Part shown: positions 1 through 9,778 of the stretch, one piece after another | Layout: the number at the start of each line of letters is the position of its first letter | How positions within the stretch are numbered: position 1 is the first letter of the stretch | Assembly (NCBI GenBank): GCA_013415565.1 | Contig: JAAEET010000001.1 | Location: 1-63,979, forward strand | Reading direction: 5' to 3' | From: Methanomicrobiales archaeon | GTDB taxonomy: Archaea; Halobacteriota; Methanomicrobia; Methanomicrobiales; Methanospirillaceae | DNA: 63,979 bases | The notes under the pieces: generated by a model | Database searches by the model: none | The model's input: the letters and a program-made list of their open reading frames with translations, nothing else | Told to the model about the DNA's origin: nothing | Made by a program: the position numbers and the translations under genes

Positions 1-141
1 GTCCTGGAGAGAAGGGTAGTCGAGCTGCTCAGGTATGCCAGGAACATCCATGAGGTAAAGATCGTCAACGGGCATAAACCCGGGAGTATCCGGAAAGTAC
101 TTGCCGGAGAAAACCCCGGAACCGTCATCAGGGCCCGGTAG
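1..141 (+). CDS. 3' end of an amino-acid-kinase-fold protein (uridylate kinase-like / molybdenum storage protein-like), partial
   Basis: Frame 1 reads VLERRVVELLRYARNIHEVKIVNGHKPGSIRKVLAGENPGTVIRAR*, a typical AAK C-terminus (ivNG..pg.i...l.Ge..GT.I); converges on tupA. Confidence 0.55.
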   Translation, partial: VLERRVVELLRYARNIHEVKIVNGHKPGSIRKVLAGENPGTVIRAR

Positions 142-296
142 GGTATTCCGGTTTCCGGAAGGACGGGCGTTGGAGAAGAAATACTCAATCGGTTTTAAAA
201 ATCCACTGCGGGAATCACCCGGCCTCTCCATCCTCGGAACCCTGAAGTCCCTTTCAGAATCAGCGATCCTGGACGAATAAAAAAAAGATTGCAGGA

Positions 297-1247
297 TCAG
301 GGAGCCGCGGGTGTGGTTTCCGTGGCCGGACTGGTGCAGTCACAATCGAACTGGCTGCACTGCTCCATCATCGGGGTAAAGAGGTTCTTTCCGTACGTGT
401 CCACACCGAATGTGCCGATGGCGTCCTGCACGGCAGGGGAGATCATGAAGTCAACGAAGTTGTTGGCTGCCGTAATCTCCTCGGGAGTGAACGTGTCGCT
501 GTACACGGTAATGACACTGTAGACATTCAGCAGGATATCTCCCTGGTCGATCACCGGCACCAGGTCGAGATCGCCCTTGTATGCGAGGTAGGTTCCTTCA
601 TCAGACAGCGTATAGGCCTGCTTCTCGTTTGCCAGCTGCAGGGTCTCGCCCATGCCTCTGCCGGCCTCGACATACCAGGTGCCGGACTTCTGGATGTCGG
701 TCGTATAATTATACCCTGCTGTTGTCCAGATTGATTTCTCCTTCGAATGCGTCCCGGAATTATCTCCCCGCGATATGAATACAATATCCGGGGTGCCGGC
801 CGTTCCGAGCTCATAGAGCTTCCTGAATGCTTCGACCGGCTCCATGCCTCTGATCCCGGCAGGATCGCTCTCCGGACCTACGATGATGAAGTAGTTGTAG
901 GCGAAGCACCGGCGGTTCAGTCCCTTGCCCGAATCCATGTAGGCATTCTCCTGGGCCGGGGAATGGACCGCAAGGACATCGGCATCCCCACGGCTTGCTA
1001 TCTCCAGGGCTTTCCCGGTACCCTGCGAGGTGATCAGGAGCTCGGCATGATATTGTTCCTCGAACATCGGTTTGAGGTAATCCAGCAGCCCGGTGTCATA
1101 GAGGCTTGTGGTCGTCGCCAGCAGAACTTTCTCCTTTTCGCCAGGGGGGGTCGGAGTCCCGGGGGTGGTACATCCGGCAGAAATGACGGTAATCATCACC
1201 GTGACCGCCAGGGTCAGCAGGAGGACACTTCGAGATATCTTTTTCAT
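297..1247 (-). CDS. tupA: Tungstate ABC transporter substrate-binding lipoprotein
   Basis: ATTTSLYDTGLL (TTTS signature), FISRGDNSGTHSKE, YTLSDEGTY; lipoprotein-type signal ending ISAGC. Confidence 0.9.
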   Translation of the reverse strand: MKKISRSVLLLTLAVTVMITVISAGCTTPGTPTPPGEKEKVLLATTTSLYDTGLLDYLKPMFEEQYHAELLITSQGTGKALEIASRGDADVLAVHSPAQENAYMDSGKGLNRRCFAYNYFIIVGPESDPAGIRGMEPVEAFRKLYELGTAGTPDIVFISRGDNSGTHSKEKSIWTTAGYNYTTDIQKSGTWYVEAGRGMGETLQLANEKQAYTLSDEGTYLAYKGDLDLVPVIDQGDILLNVYSVITVYSDTFTPEEITAANNFVDFMISPAVQDAIGTFGVDTYGKNLFTPMMEQCSQFDCDCTSPATETTPAAP

Positions 1248-1302
1248 CGCTACCACGACTACACGTTACCCGTACCCATTGATGAACATTTCCTTTTAAT
1301 TT

Positions 1303-1336
1303 TATCAATTGTTAAACATTTGAAAAACAATTGATA
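1303..1336. promoter_or_regulatory. Inverted repeat, candidate operator upstream of tupA
   Basis: TATCAATTGTT-N12-AACAATTGATA, perfect 11-bp arms in an AT-rich promoter region. Confidence 0.6.
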
Positions 1337-1458
1337 GGACCATATCGTCTTGTTCGCTTCCCGGATACCCGCGACCGTGATTGCCGGTACCGGTCCAGTT
1401 GCGGAAGGACTCCGGACCGGCAGGAAAAAAGAAAGAACAGGTGCCGTTTCTGCACCCG

Positions 1459-2760
1459 TCAGAACTCGACCACCATGACCGCCTCCTCCTCTTCGCGGAG
1501 TTCCCCTTTCAGGTGGCGGAAATCGAACTGGTAGCTCTCCCACGGATCGTAATCCTCGTACAGCTCGCACTTGTCGAGGACATCCACAAACTCTTTGAGG
1601 AAAATCCTCGGAATGACATCGACCCTTCCCCCGAACTTCCCGGTCACCTTCCCGATCATCGCACGGATGAACCGGTGGGAGATCCGGGTCTGGTCGACCT
1701 CCGAATATGCTTCTGAATAGATCCGGATGACCTTCTGGGCCACCTGCTCGAGCTTCTTTGCATCGAACCGGGAGAGGATGATCTGGGGCTGGCGGGGGTT
1801 CCTGAATTCCCCGGCATCGATTACCCCGATCCGGTCGGCAAGGGAGGGAAGGGATCGGACCCCGCGGGGCCCCTCGAAGAATGCCGGTGTCCCGGTGAAG
1901 AGGAAGTAGCAGTAGGGGAGCTCGCCCCGGTCGAGCGAATCGATCATGAGACGGAGGGTATTGTAGGCCTTGTCCCGCTGGTTTTTCGGGAGGACCTGCG
2001 TGGTCTCGAGCTCATCGACGGCGACGGCGAGTCCGGCGTACCCGGCACTCACGATGATCCTGACCAGGCCCCTGAGAAAGATGAGGGCATAGGTCTCGTC
2101 CACATCGCCCCGTATGCCGGCTTTCTGCTTGAAGTCCCGCCCGATGTTCGGTTCTGCCCCGATCCACCCGATGGCGGACTGGGCGATCTGGAAATCACCG
2201 GCGTTGTTGGCCCGGTAGTAGGTCCGGAGCGCTGCCGCAAGCGATGAGTTCATCTCGGAGATCCCGGCAAGGGCGGTCTCGAGCTCCTTGAGGGTCGCTT
2301 TCTCCAGGCTCTCCTCCTCGAGCGGCTGGTCGCTGACCCGGAGGAGGCGCTCCTCGATCGAGAACAGCCAGCTGTCGATGACCGCCTTGAGCGCATGCTC
2401 CTCTTCACGGGTCCTGAGGCTTGCGCAGATCTGCTGGTAGATGTTCTTCTGCCGGTAGAGGGGTGACGAGGGGGAGACCACCACGTGGGCGGTGACGAAT
2501 CCCTTCTCCCGGGCGATCTCGAGCGCCCGGGCAACGAGGAAGGTCTTGCCGCTTCCGTAGTCTCCCCTGACAAACTTGAGGTCGCCGCCTCCCTTCGCGA
2601 CGTAGTCGAACTGGGCGCCGATCACCCCTTCCTCCATCTCGACCCCGACGGCGATCCGCTCAAGGCCTCCGGCCGGAACCGTCCCCCGCCGGAGTGCATT
2701 GATGATATTGGTGCTCTCGAGTCGTTTCCTCTCGACCGGGTCACTCTGCGATATAGGCAT
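1459..2760 (-). CDS. BrxD-like / DUF2791 P-loop ATPase
   Basis: IINALRRGTVP N-terminus, Walker A GDYGSGKT, Walker B AVAVDELE, TGTPAFFEGPRGV, C-terminal PRIFLKEFVDVLD; start set at MPISQ. Confidence 0.85.
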   Translation of the reverse strand: MPISQSDPVERKRLESTNIINALRRGTVPAGGLERIAVGVEMEEGVIGAQFDYVAKGGGDLKFVRGDYGSGKTFLVARALEIAREKGFVTAHVVVSPSSPLYRQKNIYQQICASLRTREEEHALKAVIDSWLFSIEERLLRVSDQPLEEESLEKATLKELETALAGISEMNSSLAAALRTYYRANNAGDFQIAQSAIGWIGAEPNIGRDFKQKAGIRGDVDETYALIFLRGLVRIIVSAGYAGLAVAVDELETTQVLPKNQRDKAYNTLRLMIDSLDRGELPYCYFLFTGTPAFFEGPRGVRSLPSLADRIGVIDAGEFRNPRQPQIILSRFDAKKLEQVAQKVIRIYSEAYSEVDQTRISHRFIRAMIGKVTGKFGGRVDVIPRIFLKEFVDVLDKCELYEDYDPWESYQFDFRHLKGELREEEEAVMVVEF

Positions 2761-4564
2761 AGATCTCTCCTCCCTCTCCCACTCCCCGTTTCTCAATGAC
2801 GGCGATTCCCGATGCCGCCGATTTCTGGATGATCCGGTTCATGATCCCGACCACCCTCCTCGTGTTCAGGAGCCGACGGAGCTCGATCTCGTTCGCCTCG
2901 TGGTGTTCGAGAAGATATTCGAGAATGCGCCGCTCCTGGTCGTCACAGGACTCCATGAACTCCCTGATCGCACGGCTGTGCTCCGGTCCCCCCTCTTCCT
3001 CCCGTTCCCGCGGCCTCATGACCGGCGGATCACAGACAGCCTCTTCCTTGCATGCATGGATGAGCTCCAGGAAGTCCGCCGGCCTGATATGGGCCGCGAT
3101 GGCCGGCACGGCATCGAGTCCCCGCAGGCAATACTCCTTGCACTGCAGGTAATCCTTTTCACGTCGGGCGGAACCGGCAGATACCAGGCAGGCAACGGCA
3201 AGGTATTCAAGCCCGTCCGAGCTCAGGAGGGCGAAGCGCTGCTCGAGCATGCCGACCAGACGGGAGAGCAGCCGGGGTCTCCGGTAGAGCTTCCACTGGT
3301 CATCGAGGATGAGCCCGGCGACGCTCTCGATCTCCCGGGTGCGCTTGGCATTGGAAAGAATGTAGAGGAGGATCTTCTCGCTCTCCCGGAATTCCTTCTG
3401 CCCGGCCAGGAACCGGGCGTAGGCCATCCCTCCCTGGAGAAAGTCGCTCCTGAAGGCCCGGTAGGAGTAGGAACGGGCTTCCGAGAGATCCCCGATATCC
3501 TCATACAGGCGGGCGATGGCGAGCAGGGAGACTGCCATCGGATGCGCGGAGACGATCGAGAGGAACCTGCTCTCGGCGTCCCGGACCGGGAAATAGGTGA
3601 GGAGAAACTCGCGGTATCCCGAGAGCATGTCGGAGAGGAATTCACGGTCGTCAAGATTCTGGAGGGCGTCCCTGACGAGATGCTCGTAGCAGCCGAGAGC
3701 CCGGTCTTTCTCACCGAGATCGGCATTCAGCCGGCAGGTCAGCAGGCGGACCGGATACCCGGAACTCTTCTCGTCGGCGTCGAGCAGCTGCCGGCAGACG
3801 CTCATGGCCTCCCCCGGTCTCCCGAGTGCCCGGAGGTGGAGGGCATAGTCGAGGCCGATTTCGGGGTCTCTCAGCGTCGCGAAATACTCACCATACTCAC
3901 CGGCCGCGGCTGCCGGGTCGTTCAGGGCCCTGGCCCGGAGATAGACCCGGGCGAGCGGGACCTTCCCGGATACCCGGTATGCGGCTGCCGCTTCGCGGGC
4001 GGCATCCTGGTACCGTCCGGCACCCATCAGGGCGGCAATATAATCCGGGTCCTCTTCCCGCCGCCGGACGTCCCTGCCGAACAACAACAGCGCCTCAGAT
4101 GCCTGGCCTGAGGCGGTCAGCGCCCGGACCAGGCACCGGGCGTCATCCTCCCTGCCCGTCAGCGCCACCAGTTTCCGCAGTGCCGGAACGGCCATCCGGG
4201 AATCTCCCGCCGCCACCCTGTACGCCGCATAATTCCGGAGTGCTTCCTGGTTTGCGGGGTCGAGCAGGACTGCCCGTGCATGCTCGGAGACCGCGGTGTC
4301 TTCCCCACGCGCCCCGAGAATCCGCCCGAGGAAGCTGTGGAGGTACGAGGAGTCCGGCATCTTCAGGAGAAGATCCCGGACATACGCCTCAGCCTCGTCG
4401 AACCGGCCCAGGTTGAAGAGGTTCCGTGCAGCGAGGATGGCAAGCTGCGGATCGGGTGCGGCGGTCCCGGCGGCTCGGCACTGCTCCAGCGATTCGGCGT
4501 ACTTCCCCTCCTCAAAGAGCCGGAACGACTCGCGCCGGATATCCTCGAAGCGGCCGTCGGTCAT
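2741..4564 (-). CDS. TPR-repeat protein with C-terminal winged-helix-like domain
   Basis: Repeated helical TPR patterns (LFNLGRFDEAEAY, ALGRPGEA, LYEDIGDLSEA); C-terminal ERRILEYLLEHHEANEIELRRLL...EIYAY. Confidence 0.8.
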   Translation of the reverse strand: MTDGRFEDIRRESFRLFEEGKYAESLEQCRAAGTAAPDPQLAILAARNLFNLGRFDEAEAYVRDLLLKMPDSSYLHSFLGRILGARGEDTAVSEHARAVLLDPANQEALRNYAAYRVAAGDSRMAVPALRKLVALTGREDDARCLVRALTASGQASEALLLFGRDVRRREEDPDYIAALMGAGRYQDAAREAAAAYRVSGKVPLARVYLRARALNDPAAAAGEYGEYFATLRDPEIGLDYALHLRALGRPGEAMSVCRQLLDADEKSSGYPVRLLTCRLNADLGEKDRALGCYEHLVRDALQNLDDREFLSDMLSGYREFLLTYFPVRDAESRFLSIVSAHPMAVSLLAIARLYEDIGDLSEARSYSYRAFRSDFLQGGMAYARFLAGQKEFRESEKILLYILSNAKRTREIESVAGLILDDQWKLYRRPRLLSRLVGMLEQRFALLSSDGLEYLAVACLVSAGSARREKDYLQCKEYCLRGLDAVPAIAAHIRPADFLELIHACKEEAVCDPPVMRPREREEEGGPEHSRAIREFMESCDDQERRILEYLLEHHEANEIELRRLLNTRRVVGIMNRIIQKSAASGIAVIEKRGVGEGGEIYAYIAE

Positions 4565-5268
4565 CGACCCGCCCCTCCCAGCCTGAGGGAGACAAGGGCG
4601 GAAAGCATCCGGAAGATATCCGGACCTCTCACCGTCGATGCCTCCTGGTTCTCCCAGGTGATGGGGTACTCCTTCACCAGGAACCCTTTCCGGGAAAGCC
4701 TCCAGAGGAGTTCGACATCGAATTCAAAACCCGTCGAGACCATGTCACCTAGCACAGCATCGACGGCTGATTTTTTAAATACTTTTGCACCGCACTGCGT
4801 ATCTGAATAGGGGAGCGAGAAGAGGAGACGGACCAGGAGGTTGAATGCCCGGCTCTCGATACGCCGTGCAATCCCCTGCCTGACCGGAATCACGGATCCC
4901 GGCAGCCAGCGGGAACCGATGATACCGTCAGCACCATCAAATGCGGCGATGAGCTCCTCCATCTGCAGGATCGAGGTCGAGCCGTCGGCGTCCATGAAGC
5001 CTGCCAGCGGACCGGCGGCACGGGCGAACCCCTCCCTGACGGCACCCCCCTTCCCGAGCCTCCGGGAGAAGGTCAGGCAGACGAGGTCGAGATCCGGATT
5101 CTCCCGTGAAAAGGCGCGGACGATTTCAGGGGTGGTGTCGGTGCCGTCACAGACCACGATAAACCGGCCGCTCCTTCCCGGCATCTGCCTGAGGAGACCC
5201 CGGATTCGCTCCTCTTCGTTGTAGGCCGGGATGATGATGCTGTATGCGGGGGTGTTCGGTGGAATCAG
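4561..5268 (-). CDS. GT2 glycosyltransferase (dolichyl-phosphate beta-glucosyltransferase-like)
   Basis: SIIIPAYNEE lies upstream of the track's ATG; GKGGAV, FMDADGS, DTQCGAKVF, FEFDVELL; probable CTG start at 5268. Confidence 0.85.
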   Translation of the reverse strand: MIPPNTPAYSIIIPAYNEEERIRGLLRQMPGRSGRFIVVCDGTDTTPEIVRAFSRENPDLDLVCLTFSRRLGKGGAVREGFARAAGPLAGFMDADGSTSILQMEELIAAFDGADGIIGSRWLPGSVIPVRQGIARRIESRAFNLLVRLLFSLPYSDTQCGAKVFKKSAVDAVLGDMVSTGFEFDVELLWRLSRKGFLVKEYPITWENQEASTVRGPDIFRMLSALVSLRLGGAGR

Positions 5269-5282
5269 GCTCCCCTCTCTCT

Positions 5283-5513
5283 TCAGCGGTGACCAAGCAG
5301 GTGGTCCCGCAGCGTGGTCGCATCACGGTACTTCTCGACGATTGCTAGCGCCTGCAGCCGCAGCCGGTTGTGGTCAGCGAGACAGGAATCGGGAGGCGGT
5401 CCCTGGCGGAGCAAGGACGAGACGTTCTCCGTGACCTGGATGAGCTCGGTGGCGATCACGGCATTGAGCCAGATCAGGTCTTTCAGCATCTCCCGCTCCT
5501 CATCGGCATCCAT
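5283..5513 (-). CDS. Small hypothetical protein (76 aa)
   Basis: Helical, protein-like composition; co-directional with GT2 and 14 nt from it. Confidence 0.7.
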   Translation of the reverse strand: MDADEEREMLKDLIWLNAVIATELIQVTENVSSLLRQGPPPDSCLADHNRLRLQALAIVEKYRDATTLRDHLLGHR

Positions 5514-5589
5514 GCCTGTATGGTTGGATCCGGGACAACAAAAAGGATGTCCGGCACGCTTATCCCGGTGGCGGGAAAATTCCTGTCAC

Positions 5590-6000
5590 ATGAGCTATAT
5601 CGAGCGAATACGGGCCGAAGGGCGGGACGCAAATCCGTTCTTCACGCTCATGGGAGTGGAACTGGGGACGCTCGGTACGGGATCAGCCGAGATACGGATG
5701 CCGGTCCGGCCGGACATGATGAACGGCGAGGAGTGGCTCCAGGGCGGTATCTACACCGCTCTCGCTGACGAAGCCATGGTCCTTGCCATCTACCCCCTGC
5801 TCGATCCGGGAGAGCGGATAGCCACCATTTCCGAGACCACCTCCTTTCTTGGCGGGGTCCAAGACGGCGTGCTGGTCGCGAGCGGAACCGTGGTAAAACG
5901 CGGGAGAAGGGTCATATTTGCCGAAGGAGAGGTGGTCCGGGAAGGCAGAGGCCGAATCCTCGCCCGGTGTTCGGCAGCATATGCCGTGATGAAGGAATGA
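5590..6000 (+). CDS. PaaI-family hotdog-fold thioesterase
   Basis: NPFFTLMG, N...WLQGGIYTALADEAM, VVKRGRRVIFAEGEV. Confidence 0.85.
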   Translation: MSYIERIRAEGRDANPFFTLMGVELGTLGTGSAEIRMPVRPDMMNGEEWLQGGIYTALADEAMVLAIYPLLDPGERIATISETTSFLGGVQDGVLVASGTVVKRGRRVIFAEGEVVREGRGRILARCSAAYAVMKE

Positions 6001-6094
6001 TCCCTTCCTCGCGGAGAGCGTGGAATAAAAACTATCACCCGCCGCGTAGAATAGCTACACCAGATATCAGGTTCGCCTGGGCGGGGTAGTCTTC

Positions 6095-7675
6095 GTGAAA
6101 TATATTTTTGTAACCGGGGGGGTGATGAGCGGCCTTGGCAAGGGCATCACCGCCGCATCGATCGGAAGAATCCTCAAGAACCGCGGTTACGGGGTGACGG
6201 CGGTGAAGATCGATCCGTACCTGAACATCGACGCCGGAACCATGAATCCCGGCCAGCATGGCGAGGTCTTTGTCCTCTCTGACGGAGGAGAGGTGGATCT
6301 CGATCTCGGCAACTACGAGCGGTTCCTGGATATCGATCTCACCTCCGATCACAACATCACCACCGGCAAGATTTACCGGAGCGTGATCGAGAAGGAGCGG
6401 AAAGGGGAGTACCTGGGAGAAACGGTCCAGATCATCCCCCATATCACCGACGAGATCAAGTCCTGCATCAGGGCGGCGGCCCACGATGCGACCTCCGGCA
6501 ACGGGCAGGCCGACATCTGCCTCGTCGAGGTGGGCGGAACGGTCGGGGATATCGAGAGCATGCCCTTCCTCGAGGCTGTACGCCAGATGCGGGGGGAACT
6601 CCCTGACGAGGACACGCTCCTGATCCACGTCACCCTGTTTCCGGAAGATTCCATGGGGGATCTCAAGACCAAGCCCACCCAGCACTCGGTCAAGGCCCTC
6701 CGCGAACTCGGGCTGCATGCCGATATCATCGTGGGACGAGGGGAACGGCCCATCGGGTCCCAGACCAAGCGGAAGATCTCGGCCTTCTGCGATCTCGCCC
6801 AGCAGGGGGTTATCAGCGCGGCAACGGTACCCGACATCTACCAGGTCCCGATGGAGATGGAGAAGGAGGGTATCGCGGAGGTTCTCTTCCAGTATCTCAG
6901 GCTCGAACCCAGAGAAGCGGACACCCGGTGGTACAGCCTCGTCTCCCGGGAATACACGAACCGGGTGCATGTGGGGATCGTCAGCAAGTACGGGGTCGAG
7001 GATGTCTATATCAGCATCAAGGAGGCCCTCAAACATGCTGGACGGGCGCTTTCCACCGAGGTAAAGATCAGCTGGCTCGATGCCGAGCGGTACGAGGAGC
7101 CCCAGCTCGCCGAATTCGACGGCATCCTCATCCCCGGGGGATTCGGCCAGCGGGGTCTTGAGGGGAAGATCGGTGCACTGGGATACGCCCGGACCCGCCG
7201 GATCCCGCTGCTCGGCCTCTGCCTCGGGTTCCAGCTTTCCGTGGTTGAATTCTCCCGCAACGTGCTCGGCTGGAAGGATGCGATCAGTGCCGAGATGGGC
7301 GAGGGGCGCCACGTGATCGCGATCCTCCCCGAACAGGAAGGAGTGACCGATCTCGGCGGGACCATGCGTCTTGGTAACTATCCCGTCACGCTCAGGGAGA
7401 ATACCCTCGCCATGAAGATCTACGGGCAGAAGGAGATCGTGGAACGGCACCGGCACCGGTATGAGGTGAACCCGGAATACATCGCCGAAATCGAAGAGGG
7501 CGGCATGGTCTTTTCAGGGACATGGAGGAACCGGATGGAGATCTGCGAGATCCCGGACCATCCGTTCTTCCTCGCCACGCAGTTCCATCCCGAGTTCCGC
7601 TCACGCCCCACCCGGCCCTCGCCCCCGTTCATGGGATTTGTGGATGCGTGCCGGACACGGAGGAGCAGGAGGTAG
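6095..7675 (+). CDS. pyrG: CTP synthase
   Basis: [46 protein letters not shown]. Confidence 0.98.
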   Translation: MKYIFVTGGVMSGLGKGITAASIGRILKNRGYGVTAVKIDPYLNIDAGTMNPGQHGEVFVLSDGGEVDLDLGNYERFLDIDLTSDHNITTGKIYRSVIEKERKGEYLGETVQIIPHITDEIKSCIRAAAHDATSGNGQADICLVEVGGTVGDIESMPFLEAVRQMRGELPDEDTLLIHVTLFPEDSMGDLKTKPTQHSVKALRELGLHADIIVGRGERPIGSQTKRKISAFCDLAQQGVISAATVPDIYQVPMEMEKEGIAEVLFQYLRLEPREADTRWYSLVSREYTNRVHVGIVSKYGVEDVYISIKEALKHAGRALSTEVKISWLDAERYEEPQLAEFDGILIPGGFGQRGLEGKIGALGYARTRRIPLLGLCLGFQLSVVEFSRNVLGWKDAISAEMGEGRHVIAILPEQEGVTDLGGTMRLGNYPVTLRENTLAMKIYGQKEIVERHRHRYEVNPEYIAEIEEGGMVFSGTWRNRMEICEIPDHPFFLATQFHPEFRSRPTRPSPPFMGFVDACRTRRSRR

Positions 7676-7682
7676 GTTCACC

Positions 7683-8600
7683 ATGGTCGATACAGAACGG
7701 TTCATCCAGGAAGCCATTGCAGAGATCCGCACCCAGGCCGGGGCCCATAACGTGGTCATCGCACTGTCGGGCGGTGTGGACAGCTCGGTCTGCGCAGCAC
7801 TGGCTGCACGGGCCATCGGGGAGCGGCTCATTCCGATTTATGTCGATACCGGCCTGATGAGGAAAGGCGAGACGGAACGTATCGCCCGGATGTTCGGGTA
7901 CCTGAATCTTCACGTCGTCCATGCCGAGGACGAGTTCCTCGCGGCTCTTTCCGGCATCGTCGATCCCGAAGAGAAGCGGAAAGCGATCGGGGAGCGGTTC
8001 ATCCGTGTCTTTGAGCGGGAGGCCGCGAGGACCGGGGCCCGGTACCTGCTCCAGGGCACCATCTATCCCGACCGGATCGAGAGCGAGGGCGGGATCAAGA
8101 GTCACCACAATGTGGGCGGTATGCCGCTGCACATGGAGTTTACAAAGGTGATCGAACCCCTCCGCGATCTCTACAAAGACGAGGTCAGGGAGGTTGCCGG
8201 TGCACTGGGACTCCCCCCGGAGATCCAGCACCGCATGCCGTTCCCGGGTCCGGGTCTTGCCGTCCGGATCATCGGGGAGGTGACCCGGGAGAAGCTTGAC
8301 GTGGTACGGGAAGCCAACGCCATCGTCGAGGATGAGCTGGTCGACCGCTTTCTTCCCTGGCAGTGCTTTGCCGCGGTGCTCGGCCTCGGGACCGGGGTGA
8401 AGGGCGACAACCGGGTGCACGGCTGGATCGTCTCGGTGCGGGCGGTCAATTCCCGGGACGGCATGACCGCCGATCCCCTCGAGATCCCCTACGAGATGCT
8501 CGGCCACCTTGCCTCCCGGATAACTGCGGAGATTCCGACTGTCGCCCGGGTGGTCTATGACATCACCCCAAAACCACCCGCGACCATCGAATACGAATGA
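7683..8600 (+). CDS. guaA: GMP synthase, ATP-pyrophosphatase subunit B
   Basis: [37 protein letters not shown]; no GATase domain (archaeal split form). Confidence 0.95.
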   Translation: MVDTERFIQEAIAEIRTQAGAHNVVIALSGGVDSSVCAALAARAIGERLIPIYVDTGLMRKGETERIARMFGYLNLHVVHAEDEFLAALSGIVDPEEKRKAIGERFIRVFEREAARTGARYLLQGTIYPDRIESEGGIKSHHNVGGMPLHMEFTKVIEPLRDLYKDEVREVAGALGLPPEIQHRMPFPGPGLAVRIIGEVTREKLDVVREANAIVEDELVDRFLPWQCFAAVLGLGTGVKGDNRVHGWIVSVRAVNSRDGMTADPLEIPYEMLGHLASRITAEIPTVARVVYDITPKPPATIEYE

Positions 8601-9751
8601 GCAGAGGAGAGATGAACCAGATGAACTATCGTGAATTGGATGCGCGGTACTACATGCCCGCGTTCTCCCGCGAGATCATGATCGAGCGGGGGTCGGGATC
8701 GAAGGTATGGGATGCCGAGGGGAAGGAGTACATCGACTGTGTCGCCGGCATAGCGGTCTGCAGTACCGGGCACTGCCATCCCGTGGTGACCCGGGCGATC
8801 TGTGAGCAGGCCGGGCGCCTGATCCACTGCTCGAACCTGTACTATGTCCCCGGGCAGGCCGAACTTGCCCGGAAACTGGTCGGGATCTGTGGTATGCACA
8901 AGGCATTCTTTGCCAACTCCGGTGCCGAGGCAAACGACGGGGCCATCAAGCTTGCCCGTATTGCCACCGGGAGGAAGCGGTTCGTGGCCTTCACCCACGG
9001 GTTCCACGGCCGGACCCTCGGGTCGCTCTCGGTCACCCACAAACCGGCGATCCGCGAGCCCTTCCAGCCCCTCGAGCCTGCCTGCACCTTCGTCGAATAC
9101 GGCGATTCAGCGGGCCTTGAAAAGGTCATGGATGAGAACGTTGCCGCGGTCTTCGTCGAGCCGATCCAGGGCGAGGCCGGCGTCATCATCCCCCCCGCGG
9201 AGTTCATGAAGAACATCCGCGAGTTGTGCGATGCCACGGGTGCCCTGATGATCGCCGACGAGGTCCAGACCGGCATGGGGCGGACCGGGAGATGGCTGGC
9301 CATCCAGCATACCGGGGTGCAGCCGGACATCGTGACCCTTGCCAAGGGGATCGCGAGCGGGTTTCCCATGGGAGCGCTTCTCGCCCGTGATGGAATTGAA
9401 TTCAGGAAGAGCGAGCACGGCAGCACGTTCGCCGGCGGCCCGCTGGCATGTGCCGCTGCACGTGCGACCATCCGGGTCATCGAAGAGGTTCTCCCCGATG
9501 TGGAGCGGAAAGGCCGGCGGTTTGCGGAGCAGCTCGCATCCTTCGGACCCCGGCAGCGGGGTCTCATGATCGGGATAACGGTCGGGGAGCCCTGCCCCGC
9601 TGTCCAGAAACAGTGTGCCGCGGACGGGGTGCTGGTCAATTGTGCCGCCGATGGTAACCTGCGGATGGTTCCGCCGCTGGTCATCACCGATGACGAGATC
9701 GACCAGGCCGCGGGGGTTATCGGCAGCGCCCTGTCGGAACTTAGCCGGTAA
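8597..9751 (+). CDS. argD: Acetylornithine aminotransferase
   Basis: [43 protein letters not shown]. Confidence 0.9.
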   Translation: MSRGEMNQMNYRELDARYYMPAFSREIMIERGSGSKVWDAEGKEYIDCVAGIAVCSTGHCHPVVTRAICEQAGRLIHCSNLYYVPGQAELARKLVGICGMHKAFFANSGAEANDGAIKLARIATGRKRFVAFTHGFHGRTLGSLSVTHKPAIREPFQPLEPACTFVEYGDSAGLEKVMDENVAAVFVEPIQGEAGVIIPPAEFMKNIRELCDATGALMIADEVQTGMGRTGRWLAIQHTGVQPDIVTLAKGIASGFPMGALLARDGIEFRKSEHGSTFAGGPLACAAARATIRVIEEVLPDVERKGRRFAEQLASFGPRQRGLMIGITVGEPCPAVQKQCAADGVLVNCAADGNLRMVPPLVITDDEIDQAAGVIGSALSELSR

Positions 9752-9778
9752 AAAAAAGGCGCAGGAAGATTCCGGGAA

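Noticed and set aside
1459..4564. Complete BREX or Shango system
   Set aside because: No methyltransferase, PglZ, BrxC, TerB or helicase gene nearby
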